In this document: piece after piece, positions 54,540-62,827 of the stretch
How the letters are laid out: every line of letters begins with the position of its first letter
Position numbering within the stretch: the stretch's first letter is position 1
Source of the DNA: Coriobacteriaceae bacterium
GTDB lineage: Bacteria > Actinomycetota > Coriobacteriia > Coriobacteriales > Coriobacteriaceae
Assembly: GCA_025992855.1 (NCBI GenBank)
Contig: DAJPGB010000001.1
Span: forward strand, 1,832,421 to 1,896,420
Direction: 5' to 3'
DNA: 64,000 bases
Made by a program: the position numbers and the translations under genes
Notes under the pieces: generated by a model
Seen by the model: the letters and a program-made list of their open reading frames with translations, nothing else
Database searches by the model: none
Told to the model about the DNA's origin: nothing

Positions 54540-56309
54540 ATGCCTATGACAGACGAGCTGGACCCCCAGACTCAACAGCATATTGATGATTCCGCAGACG
54601 TCACTGCAGATGCCGACGCTGTGACCTGCGATGATATTGACCTCGACGACCCCATCTTGGACGAAAGCGCTACGGCGGAAACCCCCGGCGCCGAAGATGC
54701 CGGCGAGCAAAACGACGATGCGCCCGCTCAGGACGACGACCCCGTACAGGATGCCGCTTCGCAAGCTGCGGGCCCTATCGAGGTTTCTTCGGAAGAAGAG
54801 CTCGACGCCGTCATGGACTCCATGATGGATGCCGTCAAAGCGATGAAAGACGCCGTGGCCGACGCTGACGTTGACGCCGAGGAAGAGGAGGCCGCCGAGG
54901 CAGCCTCGACCTTCGTACCCGGCGAGACTCCGGTTGCCGACCAGGGCAGCGCCATGCCCTCGTTTCTGCAGCTCGAGCATCCCACGATTGGCGCTGATGC
55001 GGTCGACCCGCACGCAGCAGGCTTTTCTGTGGTCGAGGGCGGCACCGGCAATATCGCCGCGCCGCAGGCTACCGATGCGGACGCTGCCGACACCGCTCGC
55101 CCGACCGCCCCGCACTCCCCTGCCGCGAACCGCGATCTGGGGACCGCTGTCTCGAACACCGCGAACGCCGTGGGCACCTTTATCGCCCAGGGCGCCTCGG
55201 CCATGCGCGAGATGAACGCCGCGAAAAAGGCACTTGCCGATGCCCGTGCCCACTTGGCCGAACTTGAGCAGCGCATTGCCGATCAGGCCGAGGAACTCGA
55301 GACGCGCCAGGATATCGCAGGCCGCTACGACCAGATCGTCGCCGACCAGCGCCAGGCGATTGCCACGGCCCAAAAGACTGCAGCGGCCGCCGAGATTGAT
55401 CGTGATGCCCACGCCTCCAAAGCGACAGAGCTCAAGGGTCAGCTCGAACAAATGAAGACAGAGGATGACGCGACTGAGCTCCGTCTGAAGGCCGCGCTCG
55501 ACGCCGTGGAGGCCCGCGAGGCGAGCTCACGCGAGACCGGCAACCGCCTCGTTCGACGTCTTGAGGATTCCAAGCGCATCCGCGACAAGGTGAAGGCAGA
55601 GCGAGACGCCGGCATTGCCGCCGCACAACAAACCGTCGACGCCACGCGCGCCCAGCTCGAGACGCTGCGTCATGAGTATGCCGAGCTGCAACGCAATCCC
55701 TCGGCAAATCCCGCCAACTATACGGTGCGCACCAGCGAGCTCTCGATGCAGATTTCCGACACGGCAGATGCCCTGCGTAAAGCCGAAGAAGATGTCCCGC
55801 GCATCACCGCCGACCTTGAGCACTCGCTTGCCGCAGCCGAGCAGGCCGTCGAGCAGGCTCAAGCCCCTATCGCCGACGCAAAACGCGCGCACCAAGCCGT
55901 GACGACCGAAGCCGATGCCGCGCGCGACGAGCTGCAGACGGCGAAGACAGCCGCCGCGACTCGTCAGCGCGAACTGCGCGAGAAGATCACTGCCGAGGAC
56001 AAGGCACGCCGCGACCAGGAGCAGAGCATCGCCAACGCCCAAGCAGATGCCGCACATGCGCAGTCGATCATCGGACAGGCGACCGAAGTGCACGACCACC
56101 CAGAGATCACTGAGTCGCTTGCAGGATCCTTGGCCCGAGACAAAGCCGAACACGCCGAGACCGAGCGAGAAGTCGCCCAGCTCGAGGCCACCGAGGACGC
56201 GGTGCGCGAACGTACCCGCGACTCACGCATCAAATTCACCGGCGCCATCGTCTGCATCGTCGCCGCAATCCTGGCGATCATCCTAGTCTGGCTGTTCGCA
56301 AGCAAGTAG
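54540..56309 (+). CDS. 589-aa tail-anchored protein: acidic N-terminus, long Ala/Glu/Arg coiled coil, C-terminal TM helix
   Basis: Start MPMTDELD behind a gaggag SD. The C-terminal helix is FTGAIVCIVAAILAIILVWLFA. No enzymatic motif seen. Confidence 0.6.
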   Translation: MPMTDELDPQTQQHIDDSADVTADADAVTCDDIDLDDPILDESATAETPGAEDAGEQNDDAPAQDDDPVQDAASQAAGPIEVSSEEELDAVMDSMMDAVKAMKDAVADADVDAEEEEAAEAASTFVPGETPVADQGSAMPSFLQLEHPTIGADAVDPHAAGFSVVEGGTGNIAAPQATDADAADTARPTAPHSPAANRDLGTAVSNTANAVGTFIAQGASAMREMNAAKKALADARAHLAELEQRIADQAEELETRQDIAGRYDQIVADQRQAIATAQKTAAAAEIDRDAHASKATELKGQLEQMKTEDDATELRLKAALDAVEAREASSRETGNRLVRRLEDSKRIRDKVKAERDAGIAAAQQTVDATRAQLETLRHEYAELQRNPSANPANYTVRTSELSMQISDTADALRKAEEDVPRITADLEHSLAAAEQAVEQAQAPIADAKRAHQAVTTEADAARDELQTAKTAAATRQRELREKITAEDKARRDQEQSIANAQADAAHAQSIIGQATEVHDHPEITESLAGSLARDKAEHAETEREVAQLEATEDAVRERTRDSRIKFTGAIVCIVAAILAIILVWLFASK

Positions 56310-56312
56310 TCA

Positions 56313-56356
56313 TTGGGGACGTTCTTAAACGACTAGTCAAACAAGAACGTCCCCAA
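56313..56356 (+). terminator. hairpin built from inverted Family A cores
   Basis: ttggggacgttctt-aaacgactagtcaaac-aagaacgtccccaa. Begins 4 nt after the stop of the coiled-coil gene. Confidence 0.6.
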
Positions 56357-56365
56357 CGACTAGCC

Positions 56366-56465
56366 CAATGACGAGAGTGGATAATCTCCCACTTTGAGCC
56401 CCCAAGCAGGCCAAAAACGGGAGATTATCCACTCTCATTCTGCAGGCACTCATTTAAGTACGTCC
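56366..56465. repeat. Family C composite element copy 2, left part (interrupted by IS110)
   Basis: gtggataatctccc...gggagattatccac, then tctcattctgcaggcactcatttaagtacgtcc. Colinear with 53154-53250 up to the IS junction. Confidence 0.8.
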
Positions 56466-57896
56466 ATTACAGTCGAAATTGTCAGCCCGGGACCGTCTCG
56501 GGCTACGATTGAGGCGCGCCCAGAACGGGCCGCCGACCGGGCGCCCGCGCACGGCCGAACGTCCCTGCCCCCGAGAGGGCCCGTTGGGTGCTGCCGGCGC
56601 GGGACGCGCCGCCCCCGACGGCTGATAGGAAAGTGCCGGGCAGGCGCCGCGGCTGGTAATGTGAGTGCCGAGGGGGAGGCCATCCGGTCGAACGACTACC
56701 GGAAGGATACCACCGTGAAAGCGCCATCCACCAGGCCCGCGGCCGTGCTCGGCCTGGACGTCGGCAAGTCATCGCACTGGGCCTGCCTGATCGACCGCGA
56801 CGGGGAGGTGCTGGCCAGCGCCCCCGTCCGCAACAGGGAGGCCGAGCTCGACGCGCTGTTCGCCTCCGCGCCCGCCGGCACGCTCGTCGTCGTCGACCAG
56901 TTCCGCAACATAGGGTCCCTCGCCGTGAGGCGGGCCCGCGCCGCGGGGCTCGGGGTCGCCCACCTGCCCGGGCTCGCCGCCAGCCGCGCCGCGGGCCTGT
57001 TCGCCGGCGAGGCCAAGACCGACGAGCGCGACGCCGCGGTGATCGCGCGGACCGCCCTGGGCGTGCCGGACTCCCTGTCGGGGGTCCCGGGCCGCGGCGA
57101 GGCCCTCGAGGCCGCCCGCGCCCTCTCGTCGCAGCGCGACCACGTCGTCGCCTGCGCGACCAGGGACAAGAACCGCCTGCGCGCGGTGCTGCTCGAGTCC
57201 TGCCCGGCCCTCGAGGCCGCGGTCGACCTGTCGGACCGGCGGTGGCTGGAGCTGCTCGCCGGGTTCGGCGGGGCGTGGGGGATCGCCCGCTCCGGGGCCG
57301 GGGGCCCGCGGGCCGAGGCCGCCGGGGAGGCCGCGGCCGCCTCCACCGCGCCCCCGCCTGCGCTCGTCGAGGCCGAGAACAGGCAGGTCAGGTTCCTGGC
57401 CGCCCGGATATCGGAGGCCCTCGACGAGGCCGGGGCCCTCGAGGCCGAGACGGCGGCGCTGCTCGAGGGCGACGAGACCTACGCGTGCCTGCTCACCGTG
57501 CCCGGCATCGGCCCGAGGACCGCGGCGCAGCTCGCGGTGTCGGTCGACATCGGGAGGTTCCCGGACCACGACCACCTGGCCTCGTACTGCGGCATAGCCC
57601 CGAGGGTGAGGAGCTCCGGAACGTCGGTGAGGTCGGTCAGGGCGTCCAGGCGCGGCGACGCGAGGCTCAAGTCCCTGCTGATCTTCTCGTGCAACAGCCT
57701 GGTGAGGTCCTCGGGGCGCTACGGCGAGTACTACCGGGCCTGCAGGGCGCGGGGCATGGGGCACGGGCGGGCGCTCAAGGCCGTCGCGAGGAAGCGGCTC
57801 AGGGCGATATACGGGCTCAGGGCGATATACGCCGTGATGCGCGACCGGGTGCCCTACCGGGAGTAGCCCCGACGGTTGACAAAACTATAGGAACAC
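56466..57896 (+). mobile_element. IS110-family insertion sequence (~1.43 kb, boundaries +/-2 nt)
   Basis: Interrupts repeat C exactly between ...aagtacgtcc and ccaatgagt..., whereas the intact copy reads aagtacgtccccgatgagt. GC is about 75% against ~63% for the host. No terminal inverted repeats, as is usual for IS110. Confidence 0.85.
56715..57866 (+). CDS. IS110 family transposase (DEDD recombinase)
   Basis: GTG start behind ggaagga. N-terminal LGLDVGKSSHWA and C-terminal GIGPRTAAQL...YCGIAPRVRSSG. Contains an in-frame 18-nt tandem duplication (LRAIYG x2) at 57795-57830. Confidence 0.85.
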   Translation: MKAPSTRPAAVLGLDVGKSSHWACLIDRDGEVLASAPVRNREAELDALFASAPAGTLVVVDQFRNIGSLAVRRARAAGLGVAHLPGLAASRAAGLFAGEAKTDERDAAVIARTALGVPDSLSGVPGRGEALEAARALSSQRDHVVACATRDKNRLRAVLLESCPALEAAVDLSDRRWLELLAGFGGAWGIARSGAGGPRAEAAGEAAAASTAPPPALVEAENRQVRFLAARISEALDEAGALEAETAALLEGDETYACLLTVPGIGPRTAAQLAVSVDIGRFPDHDHLASYCGIAPRVRSSGTSVRSVRASRRGDARLKSLLIFSCNSLVRSSGRYGEYYRACRARGMGHGRALKAVARKRLRAIYGLRAIYAVMRDRVPYRE

Positions 57897-58068
57897 CCAA
57901 TGAGTACCTGCCGATGCTTTGGCAAAGTCAGCGAAAACGCCCCTAAGCGAGCAAGGTGACGTGAAAGAGGGGGGGCATTGACCTTCTGGTCATGCCCGAC
58001 GATTGAACATCAGATTGCCGCTTAGGGGGGTTTGCAGCGTCGGCCGGTTACGGCGTTTGTAAAACGCC
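57897..58068. repeat. Family C composite element copy 2, right part
   Basis: ccaatgagtacctgccgatgctttggcaaagtcagcg, then the three-tier hairpin at 57934-58033, then the terminal hairpin ggttacggcgttt-gta-aaacgccgtaacc abutting the queA stop. Confidence 0.8.
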
Positions 58069-58073
58069 GTAAC

Positions 58074-59291
58074 CTACAGAATGAGCATCGCGTCGCCAAA
58101 GCTGAAGAAGCGGTAGCGCTCTTCGATAGCAGCGGCGTAGGCATCCATGATCTGGTCGCGGGTGGCAAGCGCGCTTACGAGCATCATGAGCGTGGAGCGC
58201 GGCACGTGGAAGTTCGTGATCAGCGCGTCGACCACGTGATAGGTCGAGCCGGGCATGAGGTAAAGCTGCGTCGTGGCGTTCTCGCGCGCCACGATGTCGC
58301 CGCGGCCGAGCGTGTCGGCACCGTCCTCGCGGCCTTCAAAATAGCGCGCCGTCACAGCCGGATCGGACACCGGCGCGTCCGCGTCAAACGCACTCTCGAG
58401 CGAGCGCACCGCGGTGGTGCCGACGGCGATCACACGATGACCCTCGGCCTTCGCCTTATGCACGGCGTCGACAACCTCCTGCGACACGTGGTAGCGCTCG
58501 GTGTGCATGACGTGCTGCGTAGGGTCGTCCTCCTCCACCAAGCGGAAGGTATCGATGCCCACCTCGAGCTCGACGGCGGCAAACTTCGCGCCCTTGGCCT
58601 CGATAGCGGCCATGAGCTCGGGAGTAAAGTGCAGACCCGCCGTAGGAGCGGCAGCCGAGTGCTCCTCCTTCATGGCGTAGACGGTCTGGTACTTCTCGGG
58701 GTCGCCCTCGTAATCGGTAATGTAGGGCGGCAGCGGCACGTGGCCGGCCGCATGGATGGCCTCGTCGAGCGTGCGCGGGTCGCCGGCGGCATTGCAACCG
58801 ACCGGCTCAAAGCGCACCAGACGGCCACCACGGCTATCGGTGACAAAGTCGATGACCTCGGCCGTCAGCACCACGGGAGCCCCCTCGGGCGCATGGGCGC
58901 CACCGGCGCGATACTCAATCTGGGCACCGGGCTTCAGGCGCTTGCCCGGCTTGACCAAGCACTCCCAAACATGGCCCAGCGGGTCAACATCCTCGCGGCG
59001 CTTGAGCAGCAGCGTCTCGACCACGCCACCCGAGCCGGCTTTGCGACCGATCAGGCGGGCCGGCATCACACGCGTCTTGTTGATGACGAGCACGTCGCCC
59101 GGCTCGATATAGTCGATGATGTCGCGGAAGATGCAGTGCTCAACGGTGCCGCCATGCTCCAGCGGCGTTCCCGCCTGGGAGCCCTTGCGATCCACCACCA
59201 GCAGGCGGCAGGAGTCGCGCGGCTCGGCGGGAGCCTGGGCGATCAGTTCCTCGGGAAGGTTGTAGTCAAAATCATCGGTACGCATAGACAC
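58074..59291 (-). CDS. queA: S-adenosylmethionine:tRNA ribosyltransferase-isomerase
   Basis: N-terminal FDYNLPEELIAQ signature. 405 aa. Confidence 0.9.
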   Translation of the reverse strand: MSMRTDDFDYNLPEELIAQAPAEPRDSCRLLVVDRKGSQAGTPLEHGGTVEHCIFRDIIDYIEPGDVLVINKTRVMPARLIGRKAGSGGVVETLLLKRREDVDPLGHVWECLVKPGKRLKPGAQIEYRAGGAHAPEGAPVVLTAEVIDFVTDSRGGRLVRFEPVGCNAAGDPRTLDEAIHAAGHVPLPPYITDYEGDPEKYQTVYAMKEEHSAAAPTAGLHFTPELMAAIEAKGAKFAAVELEVGIDTFRLVEEDDPTQHVMHTERYHVSQEVVDAVHKAKAEGHRVIAVGTTAVRSLESAFDADAPVSDPAVTARYFEGREDGADTLGRGDIVARENATTQLYLMPGSTYHVVDALITNFHVPRSTLMMLVSALATRDQIMDAYAAAIEERYRFFSFGDAMLIL

Positions 59292-59355
59292 GTCGGATTC
59301 TCCTTATATAGCTAAAGTCCGCCCTACATCCTAGCAGGCTGACGTCCCAAATGAA

Positions 59356-59937
59356 CTACTTTTTGGCAGCCTTGCGCTCGTCGCGAATGCGAGCGCGGTC
59401 CATGGCCGCCTCGACGGCAGAAAAGCGGCAGCCGCAGTAGTTCTGTCGATACATGCCCAGTTCGCGCGAACGGCGCGTAGCCTCGGGATAATACGGGCGA
59501 AAATCGCGGATCACCGGGGTAAGCCCACGTGCCGCCGCCAGGCGCTCGAGTACGTCATTGCAGGTGTCGAACAGCTGGTACGGCGAGACGGCGAGCGTCG
59601 TACCCACATATTCAAACCCGCGCTCCTGGGCAACGCGGCATGCCTCGGCCAAGCGCAAGGCATAGCACACGCGACAGCGACGGGGACGATCGGCACCCAA
59701 CGGGGCCACGCCGGTCTCCCAGCGTTCGCGGTCCTCCCCGGCCTCGATGAGCTCGATGTCGCCGTCGGCACACCACCGGCGCAGCTCGTCCAAACGACGC
59801 TGCCATTCATCGCGCGGCTGAATATTGGGATTGGTCCAGCAAATCGTGGGCTCAAACCCCTCCTCGCGCAGCAGGCGAACCGGCTCAAGCGAGCATGGCG
59901 CGCAACAAGCATGCAGCAACAACGGCTTCATCGACAT
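59356..59937 (-). CDS. queH: epoxyqueuosine reductase QueH (DUF208)
   Basis: Start MSMKPLLLHACCAPCS behind gggtgaggag. Conserved Cys pattern. The upstream 57 codons of the listed ORF are rejected. Confidence 0.8.
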   Translation of the reverse strand: MSMKPLLLHACCAPCSLEPVRLLREEGFEPTICWTNPNIQPRDEWQRRLDELRRWCADGDIELIEAGEDRERWETGVAPLGADRPRRCRVCYALRLAEACRVAQERGFEYVGTTLAVSPYQLFDTCNDVLERLAAARGLTPVIRDFRPYYPEATRRSRELGMYRQNYCGCRFSAVEAAMDRARIRDERKAAKK

Positions 59938-59941
59938 CTCC

Positions 59942-60508
59942 TCACCCGAAAAAGCGCACGCCAAAGGACGTATCCTCGCAGGCGACAATGCGGCGGTCGC
60001 GCAGGATGGTCCGCACGTAATACCAATCGCCCACGCAGCCAGACAAGTGCAGACCAGCCGCCAGGTAGCACAGCAGCGGATAGCCCGAGAACGCAAACCC
60101 CAGGGCAAACGCCACCGTCAAAGCAACCGTGGGCGCCAGGCAAATGGCCATGTACCGCCGACGCGAATACACAACGCCCTCGGCGCAGGCATAGATCATC
60201 GCCGTCTCGCGATTCGCCCCAAAGGTCACCTGCGCGCCCGCAGGCGCCAGCAGCTTAAAAAACACCGCATGCACCAGCTCGTGCACAGCAAACGACGCTG
60301 CAGAAACCGCAGCCACACCGACTATCCAGCCCACGACGGTGGTCCAGCCGCCCGCCTCAGCCGCGTCCAAGTCTGCAGGCCCGCCCAGCAGCATAAACAC
60401 CGGCACCAAGCACACGGCAAACACGCCGACTACGACCATCCCCCACACGAAGCAAGCGTGCAGAAAATCCTCGTCCTCAAACGCATGTATGTTGGAAATC
60501 TCATTCAT
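59942..60508 (-). CDS. DUF3267-like membrane protein with HExxH (putative zincin)
   Basis: 188 aa with 4-5 TM helices and the HELVH motif. Confidence 0.6.
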   Translation of the reverse strand: MNEISNIHAFEDEDFLHACFVWGMVVVGVFAVCLVPVFMLLGGPADLDAAEAGGWTTVVGWIVGVAAVSAASFAVHELVHAVFFKLLAPAGAQVTFGANRETAMIYACAEGVVYSRRRYMAICLAPTVALTVAFALGFAFSGYPLLCYLAAGLHLSGCVGDWYYVRTILRDRRIVACEDTSFGVRFFG

Positions 60509-60640
60509 AGCATCTTAGGATAGCGCCCCTGCCACGTACCCGTCCGCATGTGCGATAATGTCGAACGATATGCACGAATTGACCACCGCGTCGCCAGGCC
60601 TTGCGCCCGGCCGCGCTCCCACCATATGCGAAGGAGTCCC

Positions 60641-62791
60641 ATGGCATCCAAATATTCCATGAACGACCGTCCCAGCTGGCCGCGCCGCGCCATCGTTACC
60701 GCCGGCGAGCCCTACGGCAACAAGGGCCTTCACTTTGGCCACGTTGGCGGCGTCTTTGTCCCTGCCGACTTCTTCGCCCGCTTCCTGCGCGACCGCCTGG
60801 GCCGCGAGAACGTCATCTTCACCTCGGGCACTGACTGCTACGGCTCGCCCATCATGGAGAGCTACCGCAAGCTCAAGGAGAACGAAGGCTACGATAAGTC
60901 CATCGGCGAGTATGTCGAGTCCAATCACTCCCGCCAGGCCGCGACCCTCAACAACTACAACATCAGCTGCGATATCTACGGCGGCTCGGGCCTTGAGCCG
61001 GCCGCGCAGATCCACAACGAGGTAACCGCCGAGATTATCAAGCGCCTGCACGAGCAGGGCACCATCTCCAAGCGCTCCACGCTGCAGTTCTACGATGCCA
61101 AGGCCGGCACGTTCCTCAACGGCCGCCAGGTGATCGGCCGCTGCCCCATCCAGGGCTGCAAGTCCGAGAAAGCCTACGCCGACGAGTGCGATCTGGGTCA
61201 CCAGTTTGAGCCCGAGGAGCTCATCGCGCCCAAGAGCCAGCTCACCGGCGAGGTGCCCGAGCTGCGCCCGGTCGACAATCTCTACTTTGACCTGCCGGCC
61301 TACCTCGACTTTATGAAGACCTACACCGCCAAGCTCGCCCAGAACCCGCAGGTTCGCTCCGTGGTCTCCAAGACCATGGAAGAGTGGCTGCTGCCGGCTC
61401 AGCTCTACATCCAGAACAAGTTCCGCGAGGCCTTCGATGCCGTCGAGGACCAGCTCCCCGAGCACACCGTGCTGGAACCCGAGGGCAACAAGAGCAGCTT
61501 TACCGTCACCTTCCCCAGCTGGAAGGAGCGCGACGACGCCCACGCGGTGCTCGCCAACGGCGGCGTGCGCTTCCGCAGCGGCAAAGCGCTCGTGCCCTTC
61601 CGCATCACCGGCAACATCGACTGGGGCGTTCCGGTACCCGAGGTCGACGGCGTCTCCGACGTCACCTGCTGGTGCTGGCCCGAGAGCCTATGGGCGCCCA
61701 TCAGCTATACGCGTACCGTACTCGCCCGCGACGCCCGCGCCGCCGGCGTGACCGAGGGCGTCGCCGCCCAGGATGCCGCCCTTATGGGCGAGCCCGCTGC
61801 CGACTCCACGCAGGTGCCCGCGCCCACCTACCAGCACAGCTCGCTCGACTGGCGCGACTGGTGGTGCTCAGACGACGCACAGATCTACCAGTTTATCGGT
61901 CAGGACAACATCTACTTCTACTGCATCGCGCAGACCGCCATGTGGGAGGCCCTGGGCTGGGACCTCACGCAGAGCACCGTCAGCGCCTGCTACCACCTGC
62001 TCTACATGGGCAAAAAGGCCAGCTCGTCCTCGCAGACGCCTCCCCCGCCGGCAGACGACCTGCTCAACCACTACACCTGCGAGCAGATGCGCGCGCACTG
62101 GCTGTCGCTCGGCCTGTCCGAAAAGCCGGTGAGCTTTAGCCCCAAGGCATACGACACCCGCGTGACCGGCAAGGACAAGGACGGCAACGAGGTGCGCGCC
62201 TGCGACGACAAGCGCGTCATCGATCCGGCCCTTAAGGAGAGCGCCCTTTTGACCGGCGTGTTCAACCGTCTGGCCCGCAGCTGCTTCTACGGCGTCGCCG
62301 TCAAGGAAGGCGACGAGAGCCCCTATCGCAGAGGCTGCATCCCCGCCGGTGCGGCCTCTGCCGCCGTGGTCGAAGCCGCCGAGCAGGCAGCTCTCGCCTT
62401 TGAGCAGGCTATGTACAAGTTCGAGACGCACCGCGCGCTTGCCGTGTGCGACGACTACCTGCGCGCCGCCAACAAGCGCTGGAGCGACGCTTCCAAGGCC
62501 GCCAACAAGCTCGAAGGCAAGCCAGCAAACGCCGCGATGACGCAGGCCCTCGTCGACGCCTTTGCCGAGCTGCGCGTGGCGACCGTGCTCATGCACGGCA
62601 TCGTCCCTGCCGGCTGCGAGCTCATCTGCGAGTACTTCGACATCGACCCGGTCGCCTTCTTTAGCTGGGATAACATCTTCGCCTCCACGGATGAGTTTGT
62701 GGAGAGCCTGGGCGAGAAGCCCGGCGAGCACCGCGTAAAGCCGCTGCCCCCGCGCTTCGACTTCTTTAGCAAGCACGAGAGCCAGTACTAA
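60641..62791 (+). CDS. metG: class I aminoacyl-tRNA ligase, MetRS-like
   Basis: Start MASKYS behind gaaggag. HIGH-type GLHFGHVGG, GTDCYGSPI, and a knuckle CPIQGC..ADECDLGH. The KMSKS position reads GKKASSS. Confidence 0.65.
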   Translation: MASKYSMNDRPSWPRRAIVTAGEPYGNKGLHFGHVGGVFVPADFFARFLRDRLGRENVIFTSGTDCYGSPIMESYRKLKENEGYDKSIGEYVESNHSRQAATLNNYNISCDIYGGSGLEPAAQIHNEVTAEIIKRLHEQGTISKRSTLQFYDAKAGTFLNGRQVIGRCPIQGCKSEKAYADECDLGHQFEPEELIAPKSQLTGEVPELRPVDNLYFDLPAYLDFMKTYTAKLAQNPQVRSVVSKTMEEWLLPAQLYIQNKFREAFDAVEDQLPEHTVLEPEGNKSSFTVTFPSWKERDDAHAVLANGGVRFRSGKALVPFRITGNIDWGVPVPEVDGVSDVTCWCWPESLWAPISYTRTVLARDARAAGVTEGVAAQDAALMGEPAADSTQVPAPTYQHSSLDWRDWWCSDDAQIYQFIGQDNIYFYCIAQTAMWEALGWDLTQSTVSACYHLLYMGKKASSSSQTPPPPADDLLNHYTCEQMRAHWLSLGLSEKPVSFSPKAYDTRVTGKDKDGNEVRACDDKRVIDPALKESALLTGVFNRLARSCFYGVAVKEGDESPYRRGCIPAGAASAAVVEAAEQAALAFEQAMYKFETHRALAVCDDYLRAANKRWSDASKAANKLEGKPANAAMTQALVDAFAELRVATVLMHGIVPAGCELICEYFDIDPVAFFSWDNIFASTDEFVESLGEKPGEHRVKPLPPRFDFFSKHESQY

Positions 62792-62827
62792 ACACTCGAC
62801 ATGTAATGGAATGGGAAGGAAAGACGG

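Noticed and set aside
56394-56714. The N-terminal 107 codons of the listed IS110 ORF.
   Set aside because: The translation is an Arg/Pro/Ala-rich read-through of the non-coding left end. A GTG with a good SD at 56715 gives a canonical IS110 N-terminus (LGLDVGK). This region is better explained as bridge-RNA or leader sequence.
59938-60108. The N-terminal 57 codons of the listed queH ORF.
   Set aside because: The segment is Cys/Arg/Ala-rich and overlaps the 3' end of the upstream DUF3267 gene. The conserved QueH N-terminus (KPLLLHACCAPCS) follows an ATG with a strong SD at 59937.
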